NCBI GenBank assembly: GCA_000004985.1
Contig: GG738862.1
Length of the DNA: 64,000 bases
Source of the DNA: Naegleria gruberi
Taxonomy: Eukaryota
Reading direction: 5' to 3' (one strand)
Shown: positions 10,572 through 22,795 of the stretch, piece after piece
Layout of the letters: each line of letters opens with the position of its first letter
How positions within the stretch are numbered: the first letter of the stretch is position 1
Translations under genes and position numbers: made by a program
The notes under the pieces: model-generated
What the model was told of the DNA's origin: nothing
The model's input: only the letters and a program-made list of their open reading frames with translations
The model's database searches: none

Positions 10572-13500
10572 GATAACGTAAATGGTTTATATAAGCACGC
10601 AAGCCATAAATCAGTTACTCCTGAATTGAAATCCATGTGTTTAACACATGGAATTCACTTTATGAGTTTAACTGAAACTCACTTAAATACCCCAGAACTA
10701 GAAATAGAAGTCAAAAACTCTGGATCAGGGTACCTATTATTTAACTCATTAATGAATACAAGAAAAGGTTGCAAAGGTACTGCAGCTATGCACTTTCTAA
10801 ATAATTATAGAAAGCGCAATATTACAAATAATAATCTCGTACCTGGAACATTACAATGGACACGATTCGAAAGTCGTGGAATTCCAATTAACATCTTCAC
10901 AATTTATCTTAGTGGAAGATCTAATGATTATGACAATGAGGAAGAAGCTCTTAATAGCTTTATTAATGCTGCCCTCACAATTAAAGATGAACATATTATT
11001 TTAAGTGGTGATATTAATATTGATACAAGAAATCCCACTAGTAAAAGAGAAAAAGACTGGCTATGGATACTTAATCTACTCAGACTAACCGAATTACAAA
11101 CATCCAATAATACTTGGATAAGAAGAGTTCAATCTAATATTTTTGAATCGAAACCTGATCATGTCTTTGTGTCAAAAGACATAAGAATAGTTAAAGAAGT
11201 GCTCATGCCTCCATTAACCACTAATGATCACATTCCTTTCTATATAGATCTCGAATTTAAATCTAACTTAACCTAGAGACCTTACTTTAGTAAGAGTAAG
11301 AGAAAGAAAATATATGAAGAAATTAATAAGTCTCCTATAGATAATTTCAAAGAGTTAAATCAAGCTATCTTGACTCAAATTAACAAATATGGCTCCAAAA
11401 CTGATAGATTAGGTGTTGGTCGAATCTCAACAGCCTATAAAGAAGAAATTCAAGATTTGGAAGAAGAAATTCTTCACAAATTAAATAATGAAACTATTTC
11501 TCAATCAGAAATATCTGAATTACAAACATTACTGAAAGAAACTCATATTAAAAATGGAAAACATATTAAGGAAAAATTGATAGAAGAATTCAATGATAGA
11601 ACTTCATCTAAAATGTATCAATTTGATAGAATGGTTCATTCCAAAGAAATTAAATGGAAAGATATTAATTTCGAAGAAGAGGAAATTTTAGAATACTTTA
11701 CAAATAAGTTTACCTCGACTAATCAACTTCCAACATTCATTCCAAGTAGATCAACTATTAAAGAAGGACCAAATTGGACCAACTCGATCCATATAGAAGA
11801 ATTGGAAAAAGCTTTAAAACGTATGAAATCAAATACCCCTGGTCCTGATCTAATTTCTCTGGATATTATTAAGCATCTCACAGAAAAAAATCAGAAAATT
11901 TTATTGAACGAATTTAATAATTGCCTAAGAATAGGTGATATCTCTGAAGATTGGAAGCAAGGATGGGTGAAACTCATTCCTAAAAGAGATATCACTTCTC
12001 TCAGTGACATTCGTCCAATCACTATTTTACCTACATTTTATAGAATTTTATTTAATATTATAGCCTTTCGACTTAGATCTTGGGCATCATCTCATATAAA
12101 TATGAGACAACAAGCATTTATTACAGACAGAAACACTTTAAATCATGGTGTCCTTCTATCATCATTAGCTATGAAAACTAAGAAAAGAACCTTCATTCTT
12201 GTTAACCTAGATATTGAAGGAGCTTATGATGCTGTAGAATTGTCAGTGATTAAAATGGCACTAGACCATTGTAAATTTCCTAACGAACTCACTCAATTTA
12301 TTATTAATGCCTATAGCAACCATGAATTGAGCCTAGAAATTGATAATCATCTATCCACAAAATTTACAAAAACTCGAGGAATCCCACAAGGATGCCCATT
12401 GGCTCCTCTTATATACGATTGTATCACACAATTAATTATTGATAAAGCAATAGATAAATGGAAAATACCAATCAAACCAAACAAACTATGTGCTAATGAT
12501 ATTGCACTCTGTTGCTTTGCAGATGATATGAATGTTGTCTGTGACAGATATGCCAAATACAATGACAGGCTAGATAACATACATGACTGGCTAGGTCAAC
12601 TACTTTTTAAACTAAATGCAAAGAAATCAGTTGCAACTCTACTACCTAAAACAAGCAAAGTATCTCCCAAAATTAAGGGTACACCTATTCCTAAACAAAA
12701 AAACCTTAGGATACTTGGACATTATCCATGGGATGATATTCTGGTTCGACAAGATATCCAAAACAAAATTGAAAAATTTACCAAATCTTTGAAATTTCTC
12801 CCATTATTCAAAATTGAACCAGATAACCTTAAACAAATTATTCACGCTAAAGCTATTAGCTTATTTACACACCTTTCTAAAATTAACTTAATTCCTCTGA
12901 AAAAGGCACAACAAATTGATATAGCCATTAGAGGAGCAATTAGAAGAAAACTATATATGGACAGGAAAACACCAACCAGCTTATTCCACTTACCATTAGA
13001 AAAAGGTGGATTAGGACTACCATCTATTGTAGAATTTTCTGAAAGAATGAACCTAAGAACCATGACCTTAATTGCTAACAGTAACAATTTACTCGTCAAG
13101 AAAGCTTTCAAACATGGTATCAAGCACTGTGAGGAAACGAAAGACAATATTTATTCGAAATGGCTACTAGTACTAAAAGAATACAACCTCACACTTAAGA
13201 AAAATGAAATGAAATTCAAGTTGAAAAAAATCAAAACAGGAAATAATTTTGATATTCACACTGACGGATCAAGACTCGAATCAAAGACTGGAATGGGGAT
13301 TAATATCTATGATTGCTCCAATATGAACACTCCAGTTAGATCTTTATCCCTCCATATTAATGATCAATATTCAAATAATGTAGCTGAAATATGCTCTATT
13401 ATTACAGCAGCTAAAGTTATCCCAAGAGACTCCAAGATTAAAATCCATACTGATAGTAATGTGGCAATTTAAGTTCTCAAAGAACGATATAAGGGAAACT

Positions 13501-14222
13501 TTCTACCACTAAAAAAAGCCTTCTTTAAAACCATTAAGGATAGAAAACTTGAATATGAATTCAAGAAAGTTGAAGCTCATAAGGATAAGGAAAATATCAA
13601 AGTTGATTTATTGGCAAAGAATGCAACTCTGAAACCTAAAATCTTTGATATCCGTAAACTACTCTTTAATCAATATATCCTCACAAAGAACGATATTATA
13701 ATCTTTGACTATAAGAGGTTAACTACCTCACAACATTTAAGGCTAATGCTTGACAAGATAGAGAGTCACCCCAATCACATACCTAACCTAGATTGGAACT
13801 CTATCAACGTCAGCTACCTTAAATCCCATTTGTCTCCTAAATCTAAATATTATATTTGGAGAAACTCTTCAAATGCCCACATCAATTTTGGTGAGGGTAA
13901 AAGTTTCTGTCATGATTGTAACACAGAATCTGACCTTAATCACTATATTCATGAATGCCCTGCTCTGGATAGTGCCAGATACTTTTGCTTGTCAAAAATA
14001 TCTGATATTCTTGATCAGAGAGAGTGTAAACTCACTCATATTCAATTCAGACCAGAAAAGCATCACCATGTACTCTTCTTCCACCATTCTGGAACCACAT
14101 TCTTCGAAGATGGATACGTACAACAATACCCAGACATTGCAGAGAAATGGCCTGAGATCCAGGGAGCCATTTCTAACTTTGTCGGCCGCTCCTATAGATA
14201 TTATTATATTGACTCAATGTAA
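10572..14222 (+). pseudogene. LINE ORF2 of about 1200 codons in a single reading frame, interrupted by only two in-frame stops (TAG 11274-11276, TAA 13470-13472). It contains an APE-type endonuclease (10572-11276), reverse transcriptase (11370 to about 13150), RNase H (about 13200-13620) and a C-terminal CX2C...HX4C motif.
   Basis: EN: DNVNGLYK...LTETHL...SGDINID...TNDH. RT: FRLRSWASSHINMRQQAFITDRNTLNHG...IALCCFADDMNVVCD (YXDD/FADD box). RNH: IHTDGSRLE...DSKIKIHTDSNVAI / VLKERYKGNF...EAHKDKENIKVDLLAKNA. C-terminus: CHDCNTESDLNHYIHECPALD. ORFs 10626, 11370 and 13611 all start at positions that are 0 mod 3. Confidence 0.7.
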
Positions 14223-14460
14223 ATTTACAAATTCAAAGAGAATCTGAATAGATTCGTTATTATTGCAATAAAAGATTTTTTTCAATGAAAAATTACACAA
14301 TAAATCAATTCTTCATTACTGTCAATATTGAACAAAACCCCAATTTATATAAATTTAATCTTGATCTCAATGATGTTTACAATGAACAACCTTGTTCCAA
14401 TTCCATTTCAAAATTGAAAAAAAACAGAAAACATAAACTTTAAAAAAAAAACTCTTAAAA

Positions 14461-14946
14461 ATGTCCCTCTGCAAAGACAATTGTGGTTTCTACGGCAATG
14501 ACAATTACGAAGGTTATTGTTCAACATGCTATCGAAAGAGAAATGCAAAACCAGGTGATGATCAATCATCGTTATCGGTAATTAATTCTACTCCAGTTTA
14601 TACTCCACCAATGCCATCTTTCTCCTCCGATGAGGAATTGGCTGTTTTTATCAAATTGATCAGTAATATGCCAGAGATAACTTCTGGAAAGATTGATAAT
14701 GTGTTGCAGACTTTGAATGTTTATTTCACTGAGAAGCAGGCAAGAGAATTGTTGACTGCTATTGGAAAGGTCACCTTGGATGGAAATAATTTCATTTATC
14801 ATCATGCTGTGTATTGTAGAGTGGTGGATCGTTATAATTTACAAGAATGTTTTGGAGCTGAAGGATATTATTATGTTGCACGAGGAAAGAAACCTCAAGA
14901 TGATTACAAAGTATGGGATCATCAACATTCATTCTTGAAACATTAA
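14461..14946 (+). CDS. A20-type zinc-finger protein (161 aa).
   Basis: N-terminus MSLCKDNCGFYGNDNYEGYCSTCYRK matches the A20 zinc-finger pattern CxxGCGFYGxxxxxGxCSxCY. The rest is unrecognised. Confidence 0.6.
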   Translation: MSLCKDNCGFYGNDNYEGYCSTCYRKRNAKPGDDQSSLSVINSTPVYTPPMPSFSSDEELAVFIKLISNMPEITSGKIDNVLQTLNVYFTEKQARELLTAIGKVTLDGNNFIYHHAVYCRVVDRYNLQECFGAEGYYYVARGKKPQDDYKVWDHQHSFLKH

Positions 14947-15009
14947 ATTCCATTACAATTTTTCATATTGAAATTATTCTATTATGAAATTAAACAAAAT
15001 ATTGAACAT

Positions 15010-18000
15010 TTACTTAGTTTTAATACCGGCATTATCTTGGTGGAACATTGGCAAGACACTAGGTCTGTCCTTTCTACCTCTTCTTCTCACCATCAAAGTG
15101 AGAGAAAGACAGCAGAATCCACAAACAGCAAGCAAGAGGGCAACAATAACAAACACCCAGAATGGAACCTTTTCTCTTGGTGGTTTAGGAACTTGAGCAG
15201 CAGGAATCTTCCTGGTTTCGATTGGTTTTTCTTCCTTCTTTTCCTCAATAATATTAATCTTTTTATCTTCTTCTTCGGCAGTTCTAATTTCTTCTTCAGC
15301 AGTTTCCTCAACAGTTTCGTCATCTTCCAATCCCAAATCATTAATTTCCTTATTGTTGGTATCTTCATCAACAGTGTCCTTTTTAGAGATTGGAACAAAA
15401 CCTTTTCCACTAAAAGTCATTGCAGCAAAGTAAGATTTGATAGATGTTGCAGGAAGGGTAATGGTGTATGGTGAAATACCACCAATGGCCAATAATTTTC
15501 TACCACCAGCATTCTTTTCCATTTCAGCAATAGCTTCATCAGAAAGGAAGACCCCTTCTTGATCGGTGTTTTGGCCTCCTTCGCCTTTGAGTTTAACTTC
15601 TTTAGTAAAATCAAATCTCATTACTGCATCCTTCTTGAATCTCAACTTTCTCTTTTCCTCACTGACTTCATAAATGAGATTGAGAGAACGTTCTCTAAGA
15701 TCAGAAACTTCAATACCCTCAGAGAAGAGAGTACTAAAATCAATTGTTAATGGCTTAGATGGATGTAAATTTTGTAATCTAATAGCAACTTCATCAGAAG
15801 AAATACCTCTAGCCTGCAAGGAGATGATTTGAGCTGTGGATGGGAACTTTTTGTTGAAAATATTAAATTGTCCAATAACTTTACCTCTAACAGCATAGCT
15901 TTGAGGTTGTCTATTAACGAGGAGGGACTTTTGGTGGAGTTTGACAAAATCATCATTGGTTGTTCTGGCAAGGTAGGAAACTGCAAGTCTAAACTTGAGA
16001 GAAGATTGGTCATTGTTTGCTTCTGACATTCCTCTATAGTCATCCTTCATGAGTCTTCTGTGGACAAGGAATTCCAATTCTCTGCCGTTAGCTGTTGTGG
16101 CCATGGCGTGATCTGTGAGGACAGAAATTTGAGAGTCAGGGAATTTCAAGAGAGCTCCATTTGTTGATGGATAGAATTTACCAGGTTTTGGAGCAGCTTC
16201 ATGAATAGTTCTCTTAACAAAGTTGAATCCATCATAGACGATCATGGAACCAGCTGAGGCATCCTTTGTGGCAACGCCAAATCTTACAACTGTTTCAGAA
16301 TTCTCTGGAAGAGGATTAATTTCCAATCTATAATCAATATATTGTTCCAAATTTTCATCTTCCAATTCATGTGGAAGAGTGACAGTCATGACAACACGAT
16401 CAGTATTGATAATAGCCTTATCAACAACTGGTCCACGTGAGATGTAGACATATTCGAGATTTTGAGATCCGAGAGGACTTGGACCATCATCGTTTGGTCT
16501 GAAAAGGTAGCTACCACTGTTTTGTGTCTTGTATTCTAAGAATTGATTTACGGTTTCGTGAACCTTACCATCCTTCTTACTGGTGACTTTCTTGACATAA
16601 CCAGTACTCTTGTCAATAGTTAAGGCATAATGAGCATTTTCAAGTAGAATTTCCTTTGCTGAAGAAATGTCACGAACTTGAATCTTCTTTGAGGTGAATT
16701 GTTCATAATGTTGACTCATTCGCTTAACATAGAGGATATTTGTGTCGAGCAAATCTCCTTCAGAATGCTCTTCACACTTGAAAGAGTAGCTGTTAAAAGC
16801 CAATCCATCAACACTAGCTACAAACTGAATGTTGTAAGGTAATGGAATTTCGGTCTTTTCTCTTCCAACATTTGGAATGACTTGATATTCGACGTTTTTC
16901 TTGGCAGAGTCCAAAATAGTTGCCAAAGAACACTTGCTATTCACAGTAACTATTTGTTTGATATTGTGGGACAAGCTGTTGTAAACAATGATAGAATGTT
17001 GATCATCATTGGTAACATCCAAACTATCTGATAAGACACTATTACTATCAATTTCCAAAACGTGTTGAGTGAGTGATTTGTGAAGGGACTTCATATCTTG
17101 AATGACTGAAGCAAGTTGGGACATGTAATCATTATAAACATGTCTTCTACAAGTACCAGTAATGGCATCGTGGTGTTGTACCAACCCAACAGTTTGTCTA
17201 GATCTTTGAATAGTATTAAATGTGTCTACCCAGTTGAACATGCTATTTTGGTGAGTCATCTTTACTCTTGCAAGAGCATACAACATTTCAGTTGATGTGA
17301 GCGCTGATTCAGCAGTTCTGGCAGACTTTTTAAGGTTTGGTAAGGAGGTAAAGTAACCAGTCCAATAACTATCTGGGTAGTCAGCATATGGTACAAAGTC
17401 TTGTTTAACGACTGGGAACTTGGTACTGCTACCGTAGTTTTTGAATAATTCATTAAAGTATTCAGTAGTGGTGGCATATTGAACCTTAACTCCTAGATCA
17501 TGATTATCCAAAAACTGAATAACTCTATCCATATTTGAAAATTGGGCTCCGGCATCTCTGAATTTAAAGTCGTCGCCCATTGGAACAAGAATGTATGGTG
17601 TTCTGTATGCTGAAGATCTCTTCCTCATGTCTTCAATAAATTCGTGAGCTTTTCTTTCCACATTTTGATCATTGATAAATTCCGCACCTGGTTTTTCAAA
17701 ATCAAAATTTCTAGGACTGGAATAGTGAGTATGAAGTACTTCAGTGAAGATGGTATTGTTTGAGCTGATGTTCCAAATAAATTCCAATGCCTTTTCGTCC
17801 TTCATTACAGATTTGATGGAAAAGTGAACTCTGTTAATTACGAGAGCATCAAATCCCATTTGGCTGAATATTTGTGGAATTTTTCCGTCATGACCCTTAA
17901 TTCATCATATATTAATCTTTCCTCGAGATGTGAAAACTTACAAAAGGATCAATTTGCCAAGCAACTCTCGGTCTCACTCCAAATCTTCTCAAAAGATATT

Positions 18001-18607
18001 CATGACCTACAGTCATTGAGTTAATAATTGAAGTGTATGATGCACAAGCTTCATCTGTTTGAATCCAACCTCCTCCGACAAATTCGAATCTATTTGTTTT
18101 AATTAGCTTTTTCACTTGTTGTTGTCTTGGTGCTGGTTGTTGTTCGAACCACTCCTTAAAGTAGAGAACATCACCCCACACATATCTGGTATGTGGTTTT
18201 TCCAATAATTGACCAATAACACTGTCCAAAATTGAGAAGGTTTCTGATTGATACTCTCTAACAGTTCTCAGCCATCCCTGATCGATATGTGAATGCGGAA
18301 TCACTTATTGTTGTATAAATTAGACAAATACAATTCACTCCTCAAACTACCTACAGAAAACACGAAGATTTTCTCCTCTCACTAGTAAATCACCAGAAAA
18401 ACCAGCAATTAAAATTATGAATATGATGAAACACGATAAATATATAAACTTTTGCAGTGGATTTTTCATAATATGGAGGCCACTACCACTATGATCATCA
18501 ATCGATAATCTTAAGGGTGTAGTGCTTGCTGCCGTGCTGTTCATCTTCATCAGAGAATCCATCAAGCCTGAAGAGTTTGATCGACTCTTCAGTTGCTTGT
18601 TCATCAT
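15010..18607 (-). CDS. Class II alpha-mannosidase (glycoside hydrolase family 38), 3 exons: join(18607..18355, 18303..17942, 17895..15010). Introns are 51 nt and 46 nt.
   Basis: Exon 1 encodes an N-terminal hydrophobic anchor (YLSCFIIFIILIAGFSG). Exon 2 begins (V)FLIPHSHIDQGWLRT...GGGWIQTDEA...WQIDPF. Exon 3 continues GHDGKIPQIFSQMGFDALVINRVHF... through the GH38 core. Intron 2 is gtaagttttcac...gaattaag (17896-17941) and intron 1 is gtaggtag...aataag (18304-18354). The exon phases (1, 0) are consistent. The C-terminus has an acidic linker and a second transmembrane segment (FWVFVIVALLLAVCGFCCLSLTLMV). Confidence 0.8.
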
Positions 18608-18976
18608 TTTTTCTAGAATTTTTCTTCTTGCAAAAAATTACATCATTACGATTTGTCCTCGATTTCGCGTTATCTAATTGGATTGCTTTTTGGAGGATCG
18701 GATATGAAATTGTTCAATTATCAGCAGCATCAGGTGAGACATCATTCGATAGTTTCTCGCCTGCTAGGAATTAATTATTTGCAAAAATCATGTAAGTTAA
18801 TTTAATTTTTTAAAATGACCAAAAGGTACGTTCTTTTCATCATTAAATTAATTAATCAATTTTTATTATAATTTGATGATGTATTGGTTTATTTGCTAAA
18901 TAATAATAATAGAAATACAATGCAATATCAATGATGCACTCCGTTTTCTAATTCAATTTTAATTTCAACAAAAAAA

Positions 18977-20252
18977 ATGCTCAACACAACTACATCATCC
19001 GAACAAACGTCCGATGCTCACAATGATTCAGACTTTTCCTATGTTGGAAAGAATTTAAATACCACCTCATCCTCTCATCATCATGAAATAAAGAAGGAGA
19101 GAATTGTTCCAGAAAACAAGTTGAAAGGATATGAATTTTGGAAATCTATTGGTTCACCAAAACATGTTGTTGCACCAATGGTAGACCAAAGCGAATTGGG
19201 TAAGTTGTTGTAGCATTGACGATAATTTACTAAATAGGTGAATAGCATTCCGATTGTTAGCTCAAAATCATGGATCCACACTTGCTTATACTCCAATGTT
19301 CCACGGAAGAATTTTCGTTCAAGATGAAACATATCAAAAGACACATTTCCAATTCTTGGAAAGTGAAGGACCAGTTTTTGCTCAATTTTGTGCCAATGAT
19401 CCTAACATTTTTGTAGAATGTGGTTGGTTAGCTTGGGAATTGAGTAACCAAAAAATTGCAGCAGTTGACTTGAATTTGGGATGTCCACAAAGAATTGCCA
19501 AGAAGGGAAGATATGGATCTTATTTGATGGAAGATATTGATTTAATTTGTTCAATGATTGAAAAAGCACACAAGGAATTACCAGTTCCTGTCACTGCTAA
19601 GATTAGAATTTTTGAAGATGCAGAACATACCTTAAAATATGTGGATAGAATTCTTGAAGCTGGAGCTCAAGTATTGTGTGTTCATGGAAGGACGAGAGAC
19701 CAAAGAGGACACAATCAAAACTATGCCGATTGGAAAATGATTAAACTTATTAGAGAACACGTACCACACATTCCAGTAATTGCTAATGGTAATATTAGAA
19801 TGTATCAAGATGTTATTGATTGTTTGGAATTTACAGGAGCTGATGCTGTCATGTCAGCAGATCCACTTTTGTGCAATCCAGCACTTTTTAATGGAGGTCA
19901 ACATGTCAATGGAATTGATTTGTGTGAGGAATATATTAACATTTGCGAGAAATATCCACCACCAGATCATAGTTTTATCAAGAGACACTTGTTCCAAATG
20001 TTGGACCATACCTTAGGTACACATAATCACCTCCGGGCAACCCTTGCAAAAGCCAGTGGTATTCAAAAATACAGAGAATTTGTTAATCATCTTAAAGAAA
20101 ATAAGGAAACCTTAGTAGTTGATCCACCAGTTTATGAACCATCAATTATGGTTGTCAAGGATCCAAAGAATCATCCAATAGATAAAAAACCAAAAGGAAG
20201 AGGTTGCAAGCCATGTGATGACGAAGTTGTTCCTGGAATAAATGATAACTAG
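18977..20252 (+). CDS. tRNA-dihydrouridine synthase (Dus1-like), 2 exons: join(18977..19199, 19246..20252). Intron is 46 nt.
   Basis: ...KHVVAPMVDQSEL|A FRLLAQNHGSTLAYTPMFHGRIFVQDETYQ...FAQFCANDP...NLGCPQRIAKKGRYGSYLM... matches Dus family motifs. The intron runs gtaagttgttg...ggtgaatag with a GTAAGT donor at 19200, and the phase-1 junction reconstitutes QSELA as in animal DUS1L. Confidence 0.8.
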
Positions 20253-20513
20253 ATATGATAACTTTCTCTTTTTCAAGATAAAAGGCAACTAATTTTTCCA
20301 TTTTAGAATATTTACAGTAATAGAAACCTCAGGCAGACATTCTCGTTTGCAATATTTTAGTGTGTTTCGTTTTCTTCCCAAGAGAGATCCGTAGATATCA
20401 GAGATAAACAGACGGGGTGAGTTCACCTTTCGAATAAAAACACATTTTCTTCCTCCCCTCACCATCTTTCAACTCAAAAAAAAATCAAAGCTCTCATTTC
20501 TTCCTTATTCTCA

Positions 20514-21621
20514 ATGAAATCCCATTGTTTATTCCTAGCTCTGCTTTCCTTCTCATTGAGCGTACTTCTCGTTCAATGCCAAGAAATGGGCACTGTGCCT
20601 GTCACTCAAGAATTTACAGATGCCATCGATTCTGGAATGCAAGATGTCATTACTGACACTTCCTTTAGTTTTCAATACTACAAACTCATGCTGTTCAACG
20701 TTCCTGCCATTGAAATTTGCACCACACGAGCTAAATACCCAACTAAGAATCCATTTATTGGAAGAACTCAACTCAACATGTGCATTGAATTGGGAACTAT
20801 TTATCCACATTATGAAGGTAAGTTGATTTTCTAGTTGAGTGGTGGAATTTAATTGGGAAATAGTCAAGCATTTGGTATCCAAAATGTTGGTTGATAAGAT
20901 TAATGCCAATTACAAGATTAATTTAAAGGTGGAATATAGATATTTGAATACTTCCAAATTGGGATTTTTTGCAACAATGAGACAAGGTGTTGATTCTGGA
21001 TATTGTGATATGATTTCATCGAATACTACACCAACTGATGAGAGAAAGAAAGTGTCTCATTTCCAATGTAGTTATGGAACTACAGCTCAAGGTAAGAAAT
21101 TGATATATTTCTAATGAAAATAACTTTCGTAAATTTTTCTAATGATGTGAATACGAAATTATACATGAAAAATAGGATTCTTGAGATCAGGATTGGAACC
21201 TGAACGTAAATTGTCTTCTTTAAATGATTTGAATCAAACTGGAATTATTGTAGGAGCTTATGCAGGAACAACATACGAAACTTTGGTAAAAACTAAACTC
21301 TCTGCAGCCACCTACGTTCCTTTCTATGAAGTAAATAATCAATATCAGTCGATTAATGCCAAATCTGTTCATGCCTTAATTGGAGATGGTATGTTTTTTC
21401 AATAATTTTTTAATGATTTTTGACATTTGAAAGCTGTTCAATACCTAATTTGGCAAGCAGCAAACAATGCCACCTGTGGAGGATGCTCAGTAAAGATCTA
21501 CAGCGAACCATACACTTACGGAACTTTTACAACAGGAAACATTACAAAAAGTTCAGCAAGTTCAATTCAATTTTTATTACAAAATATTCTTCTCATTTCT
21601 TTACTTATTCTTTACTTTTAA
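20514..21621 (+). CDS. Secreted protein with a bacterial-type solute-binding (SBP_bac_3 / PBPb-like) fold. It has a signal peptide and a C-terminal hydrophobic, GPI-like tail. 4 exons: join(20514..20817, 20864..21091, 21176..21388, 21434..21621). Introns are 46, 84 and 45 nt.
   Basis: Signal peptide MKSHCLFLALLSFSLSVLLVQCQ. Lobe motifs INLKVEYRY...FFATMRQGVDSGYCDMISSNTTPTDERKKVSHFQCSY, LSSLNDLNQTGIIVGAYAGTTYETLVK...YVPFYEVNNQYQSINAKSVHALIGD, and AVQYLIWQAANN... All donors are GTAAGT, GTAAGA or GTATGT and every junction is phase 1. Confidence 0.65.
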
Positions 21622-21855
21622 TAAAAACAAATACAAATTTCCAATTATCAATTCTTTCAACTTTACAATGAAAATTTACAAGGAACAGATTTGCAAATTT
21701 GTGCTAATTTAGAAAGTATGGTCGAGCAAAAAATTGGCTCCTCATAATAATCTTCCAATTGTTCTGCCCATTTGTTTGCTTCCTAAGTTCAACTTTTTCA
21801 GTGCAATATTAAATCAAATCGTTTAGTTCATGTTCGTGAGCTTTCTTCATGAGAT

Positions 21856-22533
21856 TCAAAAGATTTTGATTGGGAATTTCCAAATTTTCCTTTCCGTAAA
21901 TGTATTCAATAATGAAAAGAGTTTCGTATGGAAAGATTTCACTTGAATTCCAAGTTGCAATCTCACTTTTGAGAGAAATGCTTTAAAAAATAATCTTTTT
22001 GACATGAGAATTGTTTTGTGACATTTCACAGTGAATGAAGTGAGGCCATCTTTTGATGTAATTGAACTGTCAATGTCAGAATTATATTCTTTGGTGAATA
22101 ATTCCCATAGTGGATTAGAAATGAGTTCTTTTTCTGTAAATGATTCAAATAAATTCCACATTCGAAATTTTCAATATAATACGCAACTTTTTGGTTTGCC
22201 TTTTCAGTAACACCAAAACTTTCCAAATATTCCAAATTAATACTATACTTTCGAATAAAAGTTTCTTCCAATGAGTCAACCTCATTTATACCATCAGGAA
22301 ACACTTCAATATTATCATACATTATCACATCCACAATAATTTGCAATTCTTCTCTTTCCAATTTTGACAGTTGACTCAACAATTTCACTTTCAGAAATTC
22401 CAGATGAATAGTTTAGTATTTCGTAATGATTACTTTCGATTAGATGATCTTCATGAGGATTGAAACTAGGAAGAGAACTGAGTTTAATGATCAATGGATT
22501 GGCGGTTATTCCAATTGGATACAAATAATCCAC
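21856..22533 (-). pseudogene. BTB/POZ-like gene fragmented into three overlapping frames. It is either frameshifted or has unresolved small introns.
   Basis: The 3'-most frame contains TSFTVKCHKTILMSKRLFFKAFLS, a BTB-like core. The upstream frames 22026..22388 and 22315..22533 are contiguous on the same strand with overlapping ends. Confidence 0.35.
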
Positions 22534-22795
22534 TATTGATTATTGAGTTTCTTTAAAGTTTGACATTTTTTTTGTTTAACTAAAAGCAACAGCTGACACA
22601 TTTTCACATTAATGTGATTTTTGATCTACTATTATCATATTGTTAATTGTTATTCATCAACATTTCATTTAAAAAAGAAAAGGACGGGAAAATTCTTACA
22701 AATTTCAACAATTTTTTATTCACTCTTTCTTCACTCTAGAAATATCAAAACACTAAAAATTAAAACACTAAATTAATCTAATCTTTGATTGGATC

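Larger units (their letters stand above)
9255..14452 (+). mobile_element. Near full-length non-LTR retrotransposon (LINE, copy B), about 5.2 kb. It has a 5'UTR, ORF1, ORF2 (APE endonuclease, RT, RNase H and a C-terminal Cys/His motif), a 3'UTR and a short poly(A).
   Basis: Contiguous ORF1 then ORF2 with the domain order EN-RT-RNH-CCHC. It ends in an A-run at 14441-14452, immediately 5' of the next gene's ATG. The 5' end coincides with the start of homology to copy A. Confidence 0.65.

Noticed and set aside
15093-15410. K/L-rich 105-aa ORF and several other 60-100-aa ORFs nested in long genes. Examples are 12347..12580, 12842..13147, 33928..34170, 48661..49046 and 52548..53027.
   Set aside because: They are alternative or antisense frames inside well-supported longer CDSs, they lack motifs, and they are typical AT-rich spurious ORFs.
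20818-20835. 17-nt candidate intron (GTAAGT...TAG) in the SBP-like gene.
   Set aside because: It is too short relative to all other introns here. The 46-nt alternative (acceptor aaatag at 20863) gives a phase-consistent junction and matches the modal intron length.
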